Assembly (NCBI GenBank): GCA_033764315.1
Contig: JANRJA010000097.1
Coordinates: 1 to 60,591 of the forward strand
DNA length: 60,591 nucleotides
Source of the DNA: Oculatellaceae cyanobacterium bins.114
GTDB lineage: Bacteria > Cyanobacteriota > Cyanobacteriia > Elainellales > Elainellaceae
Reading direction: 5' to 3'
Under the pieces are notes generated by a model, which saw nothing but the letters and a program-made list of their open reading frames with translations, did not search any database and had not been told where the DNA came from. Shown here piece by piece: positions 29,998 to 39,459 of this stretch. Every line of letters starts with the position of its first letter. Within the stretch, counting starts at the first letter, position 1. Position numbers and translations under genes: made by a program.

Positions 29998-31809
29998 GTG
30001 AAAACCGTTCTTTTAGATGGTGATCTAATTCTGCGGGGGTTGACGGATGAGGGTGATTTTCATCAACATTTCGTTGTTCTTTGGCAGACGTTGCAGTCAT
30101 CTAAGCTAGAGGGTTACATCACAAAGCTTGATTTAGCAAGATTACATCGACGCTTAAACCACGAAATCGGGCAAGAAGCGAGTGAGCGATTGCTGACGGC
30201 GTTTAGGCGCATTTTAAAAATCTGGTCGAGCCATCCATCTGGTTGGATTGATGCCATCATTACTGAAAATCCCCAGTCGTTTAATGAGTGGGATATTCCT
30301 ACCTTTTCGGTCAGCGAGTTTTTGCAACGATATGAGCTAGACGCTCTGTTAAAACAGACTTCAGAGGCCATCCCACCCCTCACAAAACCGCCTGAGTTGC
30401 CCAGTAGCCACAAAATTAATAAAGCGGCAACAACGGTGTTGCTGATGCTGCCAATTTTGTTAGAGCTATGGATGCGTCGAGAGCAAGTGACAGGTGTCTT
30501 GGCGGCTCTCAATCAACAGGAGACTGAGCAAGAGGCTGAAGAACCACTCAAGTCAGGTCTGGCAACTCACTCGTCGGATGTGATCAGTGTTGTTCAGCGT
30601 CCAGAGGCAATGCCAACAGCAGATGTGCGATCGCCCTCAGCCCGGTTGTTGTTGTCAGACCTACCTGGTCTTGATATTAGCGTTGAAAACGATGTATCTC
30701 TGGATGTGCAACTGGATAGCCAGGGCAATGCGGTCATCATCCAGTTGCAACTACCCCAAAATGCCTCCTCAACCCAGGATGCGATCGCGGCTACGCTTTA
30801 TCGAACTGATAATAACCAGGCGATCGCCCAGATTGTTATGACGGAATCAGGGCTGGTGGTTTTGGCAAATCCGTCACACGTTGTTTCTCGCTCGGCCTCT
30901 GAGTTTGACTCAACCGATGGGCAGGTGATTGCGATTGTGCAACACACCTCTGATGGGCACTTAACGGCTTGGCTCAATGCTCAAACCTCACCGTTAACAG
31001 GCCGCAGTCCAGAGGCTACTCTGTTTACGCAAAATACAGTAGTTGCAGTGCGATCGGTCGATCGATTTCCATCCTTTTTACCTGCTCCCGAACAAAGAAG
31101 GCTTGAGATTCGCGTCGATGTCAAACCTGATGGTAATCACACCGTCACAATCGATCCAGGGCTGATGCCAACTCCACGCCTTGAGAATACTACCCCTGGT
31201 TTAGGCGGTGGGGGCGGCATCGAGTCGCCAGGTGAGCCATTCCCAAACTTTCAGCCAAATCAGGTTGAAAACTATGACAACTCATGGGTGCTCAACAATA
31301 ACGGCAATCATAACGGCAATAACAGCAATTTTTTGCCCGGTAATCTGCCCTCTCCATCCCCCTCAGAACCAGGTCAAAATTCTCATGAAGGGAGGAATGG
31401 CTCCAGTGGAGGAACGGCTCCAGATCGTCCCTCTGGGCTGTTTTTAGAGCCTTTTGTTGCCCCTGATGTAGCAGTCACACAGGTTGTTGACTCAACCAGT
31501 GCGAGTCAAGTTGATGGGTTCTACTCGTCATCCCTGGCGATTCAGGACGATTTGTTAGGGAACCAGGGTCAAGCTATGGTGACTCCAATCCCCGATGAGT
31601 TATTGACAGGCAGTATTTCGGTGCCGATGGCCGACTCCCATTCCACGCTGACGATTAGCATTCGTAATTGGGGTGAGATTGGGGCAGGCTCTCCTCTCCA
31701 ATCAACCTCTATCCGGGGCACAGGAGTAATCAGTTCTGCTGTCTTTCCAAATGACTCAACACCGTCTTTTTACCCTTGGTTATCAACCCCTGAAATCAGC
31801 AGCATCTAA
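29998..31809 (+). CDS. Hypothetical protein: degenerate PIN-like N-terminus, hydrophobic segment, long low-complexity C-terminus
   Basis: KTVLLDGDLIL and IDAIITENPQSF..DIPTFSVSEFL resemble the first and last PIN motifs; GAGG RBS; starts 11 nt after the XRE stop. Confidence 0.65.
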   Translation: MKTVLLDGDLILRGLTDEGDFHQHFVVLWQTLQSSKLEGYITKLDLARLHRRLNHEIGQEASERLLTAFRRILKIWSSHPSGWIDAIITENPQSFNEWDIPTFSVSEFLQRYELDALLKQTSEAIPPLTKPPELPSSHKINKAATTVLLMLPILLELWMRREQVTGVLAALNQQETEQEAEEPLKSGLATHSSDVISVVQRPEAMPTADVRSPSARLLLSDLPGLDISVENDVSLDVQLDSQGNAVIIQLQLPQNASSTQDAIAATLYRTDNNQAIAQIVMTESGLVVLANPSHVVSRSASEFDSTDGQVIAIVQHTSDGHLTAWLNAQTSPLTGRSPEATLFTQNTVVAVRSVDRFPSFLPAPEQRRLEIRVDVKPDGNHTVTIDPGLMPTPRLENTTPGLGGGGGIESPGEPFPNFQPNQVENYDNSWVLNNNGNHNGNNSNFLPGNLPSPSPSEPGQNSHEGRNGSSGGTAPDRPSGLFLEPFVAPDVAVTQVVDSTSASQVDGFYSSSLAIQDDLLGNQGQAMVTPIPDELLTGSISVPMADSHSTLTISIRNWGEIGAGSPLQSTSIRGTGVISSAVFPNDSTPSFYPWLSTPEISSI

Positions 31810-31858
31810 AACCTGCTAATGTTGAAGTCGTCTGCTATGCACAAGCCGTTATGAGGAC

Positions 31859-33139
31859 TTAACTGCCCATCATGGGTTTTGATTTGTTGTTGTCTAATAC
31901 GCTCTTAATCTTCTGCACAAGATGTTTTGAGTCTTTGTGCTTCATTAACTCTTTTAACTCAGACAACGTATCTTCTAGCACTTCGATTCGTTGCACAAAC
32001 GCCTGCGCCTCACCAGATACTCCGGTTGAGACTCCTTGAGCCGATTCAATTTCTACAAGTTGCTCTAACTCTGCCAGTGCAATTCGTGCATTTTCGACCT
32101 CTCCAACAAGCGATCGCGCCACAGTCGTACACGTTTGAGCCGAATTAGTTAACTCCTCAATCCGGGCTTCTAAGCGGCTAGCGATCAACTCCATCTGTCG
32201 TCCAGCTTCAAAGGTTTGAGTGCCCAGTTTGCGGATCTCATCTGTGATGTAACTAAAACCAGACATTTTTGAGCCATCATGATTGGCTACGATCGCCGCT
32301 TGAATCGCCAAATGGCGCACCTGTTGACTGACTTTTTCGATCAAGTTAGAGATATTGCGAACGGTGTCTAGTTCTTGGTTTAATAACTGCCCATTGGTCA
32401 CAATCAAACCTGTATTCAAACAGATTGCGTTGGCACTCTTAAAAGTCGCTCGAAAGGCTTTTGCCCCTTCTACTGAAAGAATCTGCCCAATTTGAAAAAA
32501 CCGCTGATTTAGATTAGCAATTTCTTCCGATCGTTGTAATAACTCACTCTGATTCTTTTCTAACAGTTGATTGCGTTCTCGAATCAGAGCTTGTTGTTGT
32601 TCTAGAAGTTTGGCGTATTTGTTGACCTTTTGACGTTCTTCTTCTAACTTGAGGGCTTGTTCTTGAATTTCACAATTTGCTACTGCCAAGATCTCGGTTT
32701 GCGCCAATAACAACGCATCAAATGCTAATAAAAAGCAATTGGGTTCCTCAGCTTGATTGGGCTCATCCAAGATCACGACAATGGGTTCGTGTTTGTCATC
32801 GGCTGGACGGCTCAATGCTCTTTGCATGGCTTTTTGCACACTATCTTTGGCAGACAGGCGCAAAAAAGACACATTTTGCATTTGTTCAAGAAAGATCTTG
32901 ATGGGGCGTCGCAAAAAGAGTTCTTGACCAAACCCCTTACTAAGGGATTTAAAGAAGCGACGCCGCGAGATCACTCCAGCAATTTTTGCACCTTCTACAA
33001 CAATCACTCCTGGTAGGTCAGGTTGTTGTTCAAACAATCGTTCGACATGTTCACCATGATCGGTCGATTTGACCCAACACCCACACAGGGGCAATTCACC
33101 TAATGTTGACGAGAGGGAGGGCTGAAGCGGACTATCCAT
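31859..33139 (-). CDS. Soluble methyl-accepting-chemotaxis-like protein with CBS-like N-terminus
   Basis: LPGVIVV..IAGVISRRRFF..LS..FGQELFLRRPI (CBS-like), coiled coil, QVRHLAIQAAIVA...SGFSYITDEIRKLG (MCP hairpin-like). Confidence 0.75.
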   Translation of the reverse strand: MDSPLQPSLSSTLGELPLCGCWVKSTDHGEHVERLFEQQPDLPGVIVVEGAKIAGVISRRRFFKSLSKGFGQELFLRRPIKIFLEQMQNVSFLRLSAKDSVQKAMQRALSRPADDKHEPIVVILDEPNQAEEPNCFLLAFDALLLAQTEILAVANCEIQEQALKLEEERQKVNKYAKLLEQQQALIRERNQLLEKNQSELLQRSEEIANLNQRFFQIGQILSVEGAKAFRATFKSANAICLNTGLIVTNGQLLNQELDTVRNISNLIEKVSQQVRHLAIQAAIVANHDGSKMSGFSYITDEIRKLGTQTFEAGRQMELIASRLEARIEELTNSAQTCTTVARSLVGEVENARIALAELEQLVEIESAQGVSTGVSGEAQAFVQRIEVLEDTLSELKELMKHKDSKHLVQKIKSVLDNNKSKPMMGS

Positions 33140-33172
33140 TGTCCTTGGGGGGTATAAAGTTTAAAACAGACA

Positions 33173-33203
33173 GTAGGTGTGTTAGCGATCGCGTAACGCA
33201 CCT
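33173..33203. repeat. GTAG-type REP-like hairpin with HIP1 in the loop
   Basis: GTAGGTGTGTTA-GCGATCGC-GTAACGCACCT; related to 43369-43447. Confidence 0.6.
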
Positions 33204-33411
33204 CAAAACTATGACCAGTCCGTTGCACTCAGGACAAACGCACCCTGGCTAAACCGTTAATCGTTCTTGAATACGCAATGACCAATCCCTATATAGATTA
33301 GGTCATGACACTGAGATAGATGGAGATGCACCCTGTTGAATGTCGTTATTCTATGACGACTTGTTTATATCCAGGTTATGAAATGGCATGTTTTGGTCAC
33401 TCAAAATTGTA

Positions 33412-36400
33412 TTACCAGGGATTGCCCACCATTGTGAAAGCAGCCCAATAGTAAGGATGGGAAAGGGAGCGATCGCCCGTATCGAGACTGACCCCTGGTA
33501 GCGCAATGGGCTTACTCAACCCTTGAATCGTGCCATTGTGAATGTAGACCTGACCCGTTGCCATTGCGACTTGTGCCTCTCGCAGAGCCTCTGCTTTGAT
33601 GGGAGCCGTGTTGAGTGACTGATAAAACCCGGTCATCAAGGCAGCTGTTCCTGCATCGCTGACATACCAGAGGCTTGCCAAGACCGATTTCACCCCCGCC
33701 TGGACTGCCAATCCGGCAAACCCCAACTCCGCCTCTTCACTGCCCAAAGCGGTGCGGCAAGCACTTAACACCAAGAGATTCACTGGGGGATCATTCCAAC
33801 CCAATTCCCGCAGTTGATCCATTCGCAATTTGTCATTCCAGAGTTGAATGTAGGATTCATTAGCGGCTCCAGCGACGATGTCTGCATGGGTCGCCATGTG
33901 AATGATGCCGTAGGGAGTTTGCTGCCGAGTTCGCTTTAAGTTATCCAACGTGGCGCGATCGTTGAGGTAAATACTACCCCGCCATAAATCCAGGGCGATC
34001 GTTGTTAACTCTACAGGCACTCCTGGCAACGGAACTTGCCCCTGGGTGCTCTCTGAGATTCCCATTGCTAAAACGGTTGAGTTGCGGATATCGACATAGC
34101 GCATATCGGTCAAACTGAGACTGGGCATCAGTCCAATGCTGTATTGCTCGACTAAAAATTGTTGTCCGTTATGCAGAGCCGCATAGGGGAGCGATCGCAA
34201 CCCAGCATCGGGCAAAAATACCAGGTTATTGATCTCCTGCGTTTGCAAATCAGAGGCGATCGGCTCAATAAACCAGCGATAGAGTTGTTGAGCCGTTGGC
34301 ATATAACTGGTGGTGTCAACTCGGCGGGGGTTGGTTATCTCTCCTCGAAACTGTTGAGCTGTGGTCATCACGCGGGCACGAGTCGCTTCAGCAATGCGCC
34401 GACGAATCACCGTATCTTTGGTGACAACCACCACTTCAAGCTGATCGGTGTCTGTGGGTTGAATGGGGACACCGACTAAGCCATCCACAGATTCAGGCAC
34501 AAAATTGATATAGACAAACGCAGGCTTGATCCCTGTGGCTTCTTCAATCTCACGGGCGATCGCTTGGGCTTCATCTAATGTGGCGATCGGGGTTTGATCT
34601 AGCCCCAAATAAGAGCCATACTGCCGGGTATAGTTACGCTCTAGGGTGCTGATGGTGGTGTCAATACTGACGGGAGGCACCTCAGTTGTAGGCGTGAGCA
34701 ATGTCGTTCCTGGAATGTCGATACGGGGATCGTCAAACCCAGAATCTGGGAGCACCGTTGGGGGTGGCGTCGGCACAGGTGTCGGCACAGGTGTGGGGGT
34801 CGGCGTGGGGGTCGGCGTGGGAATGGGCGTTGGAGTTGGTGTGGGGGTAGGGGTGATATCCACCTGCACACTGGCTGTTCCAGAACTGGATAGCTCTCCA
34901 TCTCCATCCACTTGATCGGTAGCTCGTACTGAAAACGCGGTTCGAGTACCAGTTGAGTTAGCCGGAGGGGTATAGGTCAAGTTGCCACTGGCTGAAAACA
35001 CCGATCCCACCGTTAGTGGAGTACCCCCCTGACTCAGCGTAGCTCCTGCTTCAATGCTAACAATGCGGTATTCAATGACATCTCCGTTGGCATCAGTGGC
35101 AATCAAACCCAACGTAGGATAGGAAAAGGTCAAGGCTTGATTTTCAGGGGTTGTTAATAGGGGGGCTGATCCTGGCAAGACCGGAGCCGCATTCACCGAG
35201 TTAATGGTGATACCTGCTGGAGTGCCAGGTGCAGCACCGCCTGCGGCCAACACCGGAAAGCTCAGCCCTGAAGACGTGTTAATCGCTCCGGTTGTCCCAC
35301 TGGTAAAGGCTGAACCAATTCTAAACGGCGCATTGGTTGAACCCCCTGCATGGTTCATTGTCACCGTTCCAGTGCCAGTGCTGCCAGTCGTCGCGATACT
35401 CGTGCCAGGTAAAGACGGAATCGTACCGCTGACTAACAGCAAGTCGCCGCTCAAATCTACCGCTCCACCGCTTCCTGCACTGCTGCGAGTGTCAATCGAG
35501 GTAGCGGTGACATTCCCCTGAGTGCTGGTGATGCTAACGGCTCCACCGTCATATCCTGTCCCAAATGTACCTGTAAAGCGAGTGTCAATATTGCCGACGT
35601 TAATGTTGTTTCGAGCATTCAGGGTCACGTTTCTGGCAGGAATGCCAGGAGGACTAAATCCACCGCTGACGGTTTGCAGATTTCCAGCAATAATGTTGAA
35701 TCCTGAGATGACCAAATTCCGATTTGGAGCCGTAATGTTGCTGGCAGTATCCATGCGGAATTCGCCCGTGTTGTTATTATCGGCATCTGCTCTAAAAGTG
35801 ATCGTGCTGGTGGGTGTGCCAGTCAGGGTGAGCGATAGCCCCGGAGAAATGATGATGTCATTACTGGCTTCTAAGGTGATGTCACCAGCGATCGCTTGAA
35901 GGGCGGTAGCACTGATGGTGTAGTTGAGAGTGGGATCATCTGTTGCATTGACAATGCCATCGGCGATCGCTGCATCATCACTGCCAGGAGCCGTTGCCAC
36001 GATGGTGATATTCAACGGGTCAAGCAAGAGAGAACCTGTCGTACCGTTAAGTGCCGTCAAATCAACGTTGCCATCAAACAGTAGGTTCTGCCGTCCTGAT
36101 ACCTCAACGAACCCACCATTACCCGATTGACTGCCCCCCTGTGCACTAATGCTGCCTAAAAACGCTGTGCTATCGTCTGCCCAAACAATCACCCTGCCCC
36201 CATTTCCTGTTTCAAGGGCATCAGCGTTGATCGTAGAACTGCGGCTGACCACCGTGCGATCGCTACTGGGAACGGTGCCCTGTCCCTGATAGTCGCCCCC
36301 AATCAACACCGTTCCTCCTCCACTGGTGCCCGTGACATTAATGTTCGCTTCGAGTAAGCCGACGCGATCGCCCAATACACGCACGGTTTGTGAGTTAGCC

Positions 36401-38226
36401 GCTTGAGCATCAGTATTCGCGGCATTCAGTGTGCCAGAGACGATGGCAACGCCCGTCCCTGAGGGAATCTCAACCCCAGAACTGGTTAATCGCACCGTAC
36501 CGTCGGGTTCGACAGTTAACCCAGTTGCTCCCTCAATGGAGCCACCTGTCAACAGTTCAGGCAATGACACTGGAGTAGATGACAGCGGATTGGGCAAATT
36601 GCCTTGAGCAGGTTGCACATCCAGGCTAAGAAGGCTTCCGGCTTGACTAATGCGGATCAAATTTTCACCTGGCACAGCGGCGATCGTGATTTGACCCCCC
36701 GGAGCTGAAATCGTTCCCGTATTGACGACCGTGCCCCCTAACAGGGTGACAGATTCTCCGGTCGGCACATTGAGCACACCCGCATTCACGATCGCTCCGG
36801 GTTGAGCGGTGGCAAAGGCAAATTGATTGGGTTCCCCTACCAACGCAGCATAGTCATTGGTGCCCACGGCACTCAACCAACCCTGATCAAAGCCAATGCC
36901 CGTCGCAGTGGTAGCCGTAAATGCCCCAGGCACATCTAACCGGGCATTGGCTCCAAACAAAATCCCTGCTGGGTTCAGCAGATACAGGTTAGAGTTGCCC
37001 CCTGTCACTTGCAGCAGCCCATTAATGATGGAGGGATCGCCCCCCACTACCCGCGTCAAAATGTTTTGAATCGCAGGATTAGACTGAAAGTTGGCAATCT
37101 CTTGAGCACTCAGCCCAAATCGCTCTAGGCTATGAAACAGGTTGGCACCGTTGCTCGATAGCTGTCCTCCGGTGATGTTATAGCGGTGCGAAGCAGTTCC
37201 CCCTTGGGGGTAAACGCTCTGACGAGTCACCGTTGTTTGAGTGCCATCATTGGCAGGAACAACAGACTGCGCCATTGCCAGACCCGTGCCGATCGCCCCC
37301 GCCAAGGGTAAAGTTGCCAGAAATGCTCCCGTCCGTCGAAGCAACTGAGGATGAGAGGCTAGCCAGCATCGCTCCCCTTTACTCTCCTTAACAGGCGTGC
37401 TAGCCGCAAAAGGTGTTGCAGAATTTAGGGGCTTGGCAATGGACAAGATTTTTTTAGGACGTAAAGCAAATCGTCCGCGAAAGTCACTATCAATCAAGTC
37501 AAGCTGAAACTCTAACTCAAAGCGATCGCTCAATCCACGTCGCTCCATTGCCTGCAAAATCACCTGCCGCGACAAAAAAATCTGCTCTAAATGGCGATCG
37601 CAGCTCAGGCGATTGTCATGAACTCGATAGTAATAAAGCGGCTTTGGCACATGGTGAATCTCACCCACCTCTGATAACTGCAAACACAAGTCATAGTCAT
37701 AAATCTGTCCTGCTTCCAGGTTGATGCCCTTGGTTTGCTCAAAGGTCGATCGCCGAATCAACCGAAAATGAAAGGTCATGAACTCCAGCAGCAACCGATC
37801 TCTGTGATAGGGGGTGCGACAACGCTGCCCATATCCCTTCAGCTTCCCTGCTGCATCAATTTCGACATAGTCGGTGTAGACCATACCAACATCAGCATTG
37901 GCATCTAACACTGCCGCTGTTGTGGCTAGAGCCGTAGGAGCCAACCCATCATCACTATCGACCACCCCAAAATAGTCGCCTTGCGTTAGCGCGATCGCCT
38001 GTTGACACACCGCCGCTAATCCTTGATTAGGAGCACTGATGACCCGCACCCGGTGATCGCGTTTGGCATAGTAATTGGCAATGTCTAATGAGCGATCGGT
38101 TGAGCCATCATCCCAAATCAAAACCTCAAAATCATCTCGGCTTTGACGTAAGACACTGGCGATCGTGGTCGCTAAATAGGACTCGCGATTATAGACAGGA
38201 ATAATGATGGAGATAGGAGGATGCAT
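33412..38226 (-). CDS. GT2 glycosyltransferase + filamentous haemagglutinin (TPS) domain/beta-helix + Ig/cadherin-like + PT linker + CHAT domain fusion
   Basis: ISIIIPVYNR, DDGSTD, VDSDD, DYDL (GT2); NLFHSLERF, SIINGLLQV, LLNPAGILFG, GGFVEVSG, LLLDP (TPS/FHA); IIHMATHA, LVLSACRTA, SLWYVSD, HPYYWAAF (CHAT); single uninterrupted frame. Confidence 0.9.
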   Translation of the reverse strand: MHPPISIIIPVYNRESYLATTIASVLRQSRDDFEVLIWDDGSTDRSLDIANYYAKRDHRVRVISAPNQGLAAVCQQAIALTQGDYFGVVDSDDGLAPTALATTAAVLDANADVGMVYTDYVEIDAAGKLKGYGQRCRTPYHRDRLLLEFMTFHFRLIRRSTFEQTKGINLEAGQIYDYDLCLQLSEVGEIHHVPKPLYYYRVHDNRLSCDRHLEQIFLSRQVILQAMERRGLSDRFELEFQLDLIDSDFRGRFALRPKKILSIAKPLNSATPFAASTPVKESKGERCWLASHPQLLRRTGAFLATLPLAGAIGTGLAMAQSVVPANDGTQTTVTRQSVYPQGGTASHRYNITGGQLSSNGANLFHSLERFGLSAQEIANFQSNPAIQNILTRVVGGDPSIINGLLQVTGGNSNLYLLNPAGILFGANARLDVPGAFTATTATGIGFDQGWLSAVGTNDYAALVGEPNQFAFATAQPGAIVNAGVLNVPTGESVTLLGGTVVNTGTISAPGGQITIAAVPGENLIRISQAGSLLSLDVQPAQGNLPNPLSSTPVSLPELLTGGSIEGATGLTVEPDGTVRLTSSGVEIPSGTGVAIVSGTLNAANTDAQAANSQTVRVLGDRVGLLEANINVTGTSGGGTVLIGGDYQGQGTVPSSDRTVVSRSSTINADALETGNGGRVIVWADDSTAFLGSISAQGGSQSGNGGFVEVSGRQNLLFDGNVDLTALNGTTGSLLLDPLNITIVATAPGSDDAAIADGIVNATDDPTLNYTISATALQAIAGDITLEASNDIIISPGLSLTLTGTPTSTITFRADADNNNTGEFRMDTASNITAPNRNLVISGFNIIAGNLQTVSGGFSPPGIPARNVTLNARNNINVGNIDTRFTGTFGTGYDGGAVSITSTQGNVTATSIDTRSSAGSGGAVDLSGDLLLVSGTIPSLPGTSIATTGSTGTGTVTMNHAGGSTNAPFRIGSAFTSGTTGAINTSSGLSFPVLAAGGAAPGTPAGITINSVNAAPVLPGSAPLLTTPENQALTFSYPTLGLIATDANGDVIEYRIVSIEAGATLSQGGTPLTVGSVFSASGNLTYTPPANSTGTRTAFSVRATDQVDGDGELSSSGTASVQVDITPTPTPTPTPIPTPTPTPTPTPVPTPVPTPPPTVLPDSGFDDPRIDIPGTTLLTPTTEVPPVSIDTTISTLERNYTRQYGSYLGLDQTPIATLDEAQAIAREIEEATGIKPAFVYINFVPESVDGLVGVPIQPTDTDQLEVVVVTKDTVIRRRIAEATRARVMTTAQQFRGEITNPRRVDTTSYMPTAQQLYRWFIEPIASDLQTQEINNLVFLPDAGLRSLPYAALHNGQQFLVEQYSIGLMPSLSLTDMRYVDIRNSTVLAMGISESTQGQVPLPGVPVELTTIALDLWRGSIYLNDRATLDNLKRTRQQTPYGIIHMATHADIVAGAANESYIQLWNDKLRMDQLRELGWNDPPVNLLVLSACRTALGSEEAELGFAGLAVQAGVKSVLASLWYVSDAGTAALMTGFYQSLNTAPIKAEALREAQVAMATGQVYIHNGTIQGLSKPIALPGVSLDTGDRSLSHPYYWAAFTMVGNPW

Positions 38227-38536
38227 GACGGTATCAGGGGGCAAGGGACGGGGGATGCAGATGTCATTATAAAAATTACGCCAGCCCTGACCGAAATCAG
38301 AACTGGCGAGATCAAAACTTAATTAGATTAATTCTGCATCACTTACCCTGGAGGGGGTGAGTGATCAGCCGTTGGTCAGGCTGTTGATGGCTTGAAGTAA
38401 ATTCAATCCTTAAACAAGGGGCTGATAGAGTTTGATGAAATAATTTGGCAAATTCCTGAGTGCAGACATCTTGCCACAAGCGAGACGATCGCCCTTCTTG
38501 TGCCAAATCTATTATTTAACCTTCACAAACCCCTTG

Positions 38537-38617
38537 TCTACTGGACTGCTTGCCTACCTGAGTCGTTGATCTACTAAGCTGCTAGTCTATTAAGCTGCTA
38601 GTCTACTAAGTTGCTTC
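38537..38617. repeat. Degenerate 16-bp tandem repeat (about 5 units)
   Basis: TCTACTAAGCTGCTAG / TCTATTAAGCTGCTAG / TCTACTAAGTTGCTTC at 38570-38617, plus two weaker units upstream. Confidence 0.65.
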
Positions 38618-38627
38618 GACAACGTGC

Positions 38628-38966
38628 TTAGTAGCGAGGACCGCTGCTGGTGCTGCTGCCCACTTCATCCGGCTCACGATAACGAGCAACCCGATCATCG
38701 TTCTTGCGATTTAAGCCAGCCAGACCGATCAAACCCAACAATCCTAACCAACCCCAATCAAATCCATCGTCTTCAGCATCCGTGTCAGTGTCAACATCTG
38801 TGTTAGCGTCGATGGGTGCTGGAGCCGTGGTATCTACAGAAGGAGCCGTATCAGTTGGGGGAGCGGTTGTTGCGGACGCAGGTAAATGAGTAGCAATAGT
38901 TAAACCTAACGCCAAAACGCTAGCACCTAAAATTTTGGAAAGAAAATTGTGTTGCATGGTAAACAT
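38628..38966 (-). CDS. WGxxGxxG family secreted/membrane-anchored protein
   Basis: Signal peptide, Thr/Asp-rich stalk, FDWGWLGLLGLIGLAGL followed by basic residues. Confidence 0.88.
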   Translation of the reverse strand: MFTMQHNFLSKILGASVLALGLTIATHLPASATTAPPTDTAPSVDTTAPAPIDANTDVDTDTDAEDDGFDWGWLGLLGLIGLAGLNRKNDDRVARYREPDEVGSSTSSGPRY

Positions 38967-39220
38967 CCTCTTAAATCGGTTTAATTTGACAGGCTTTTGC
39001 GAACGGCATTTTGATGGTCTAGACCTGTTTGATGAGGTCAGTCAACCGCGCAAATTAATCACGCCTTCAACTTATCGGTTCCCAGTCGCCTCGGCATCGA
39101 TCTGAAGCTAGAAGCCCTGTGCAATTAAACTCATCCTCAAGAAATAAAAAAAATGTAGTCCCTGGTTATGTTAAGATATGCAGCAATTATGAAACGCTTG
39201 TTGGTGAGGTTTACCCATTC

Positions 39221-39358
39221 ATGGAAGCAGCATTGCTCTTAGCAAAATTACCCGAAGCCTACTCCATCTTTGATCCTCTGGTGGATGTTCTGCCTTTGAT
39301 TCCTTTGTTCTTTTTCCTACTTGCGTTTGTTTGGCAAGCAGCGGTTGGTTTTAGATAA
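39221..39358 (+). CDS. psbK: Photosystem II reaction centre protein K
   Basis: [45 protein letters not shown]. Confidence 0.99.
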   Translation: MEAALLLAKLPEAYSIFDPLVDVLPLIPLFFFLLAFVWQAAVGFR

Positions 39359-39393
39359 ATCTAAAATATCCTCGAGTTGTTACAAAAATAAAC

Positions 39394-39421
39394 AAAGGGT
39401 ACTGATATCAGTGCCCTTTTT
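39394..39421. terminator. Rho-independent terminator, probably bidirectional, between psbK and the GST gene
   Basis: AAAGGGTACTGATATCAGTGCCCTTTTT with A-tract before and T-tract after. Confidence 0.75.
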
Positions 39422-39459
39422 ATTGTCCTTATTTTCTTTTTCAAAAAGTTGAATGTTGT

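Noticed and set aside
29666-31809. Prophage repressor region or classical active type II toxin-antitoxin system
   Set aside because: No phage or integrase genes nearby, and the PIN-like domain appears to lack its central catalytic segment; kept only as a repurposed-module hypothesis
38537-38617. Possible CRISPR array
   Set aside because: 16-bp head-to-tail units with no spacers; no cas genes in the window
39119-39220. N-terminal extension of psbK in the ORF track
   Set aside because: The conserved PsbK precursor begins at MEAA (39221); the upstream part looks like promoter/UTR
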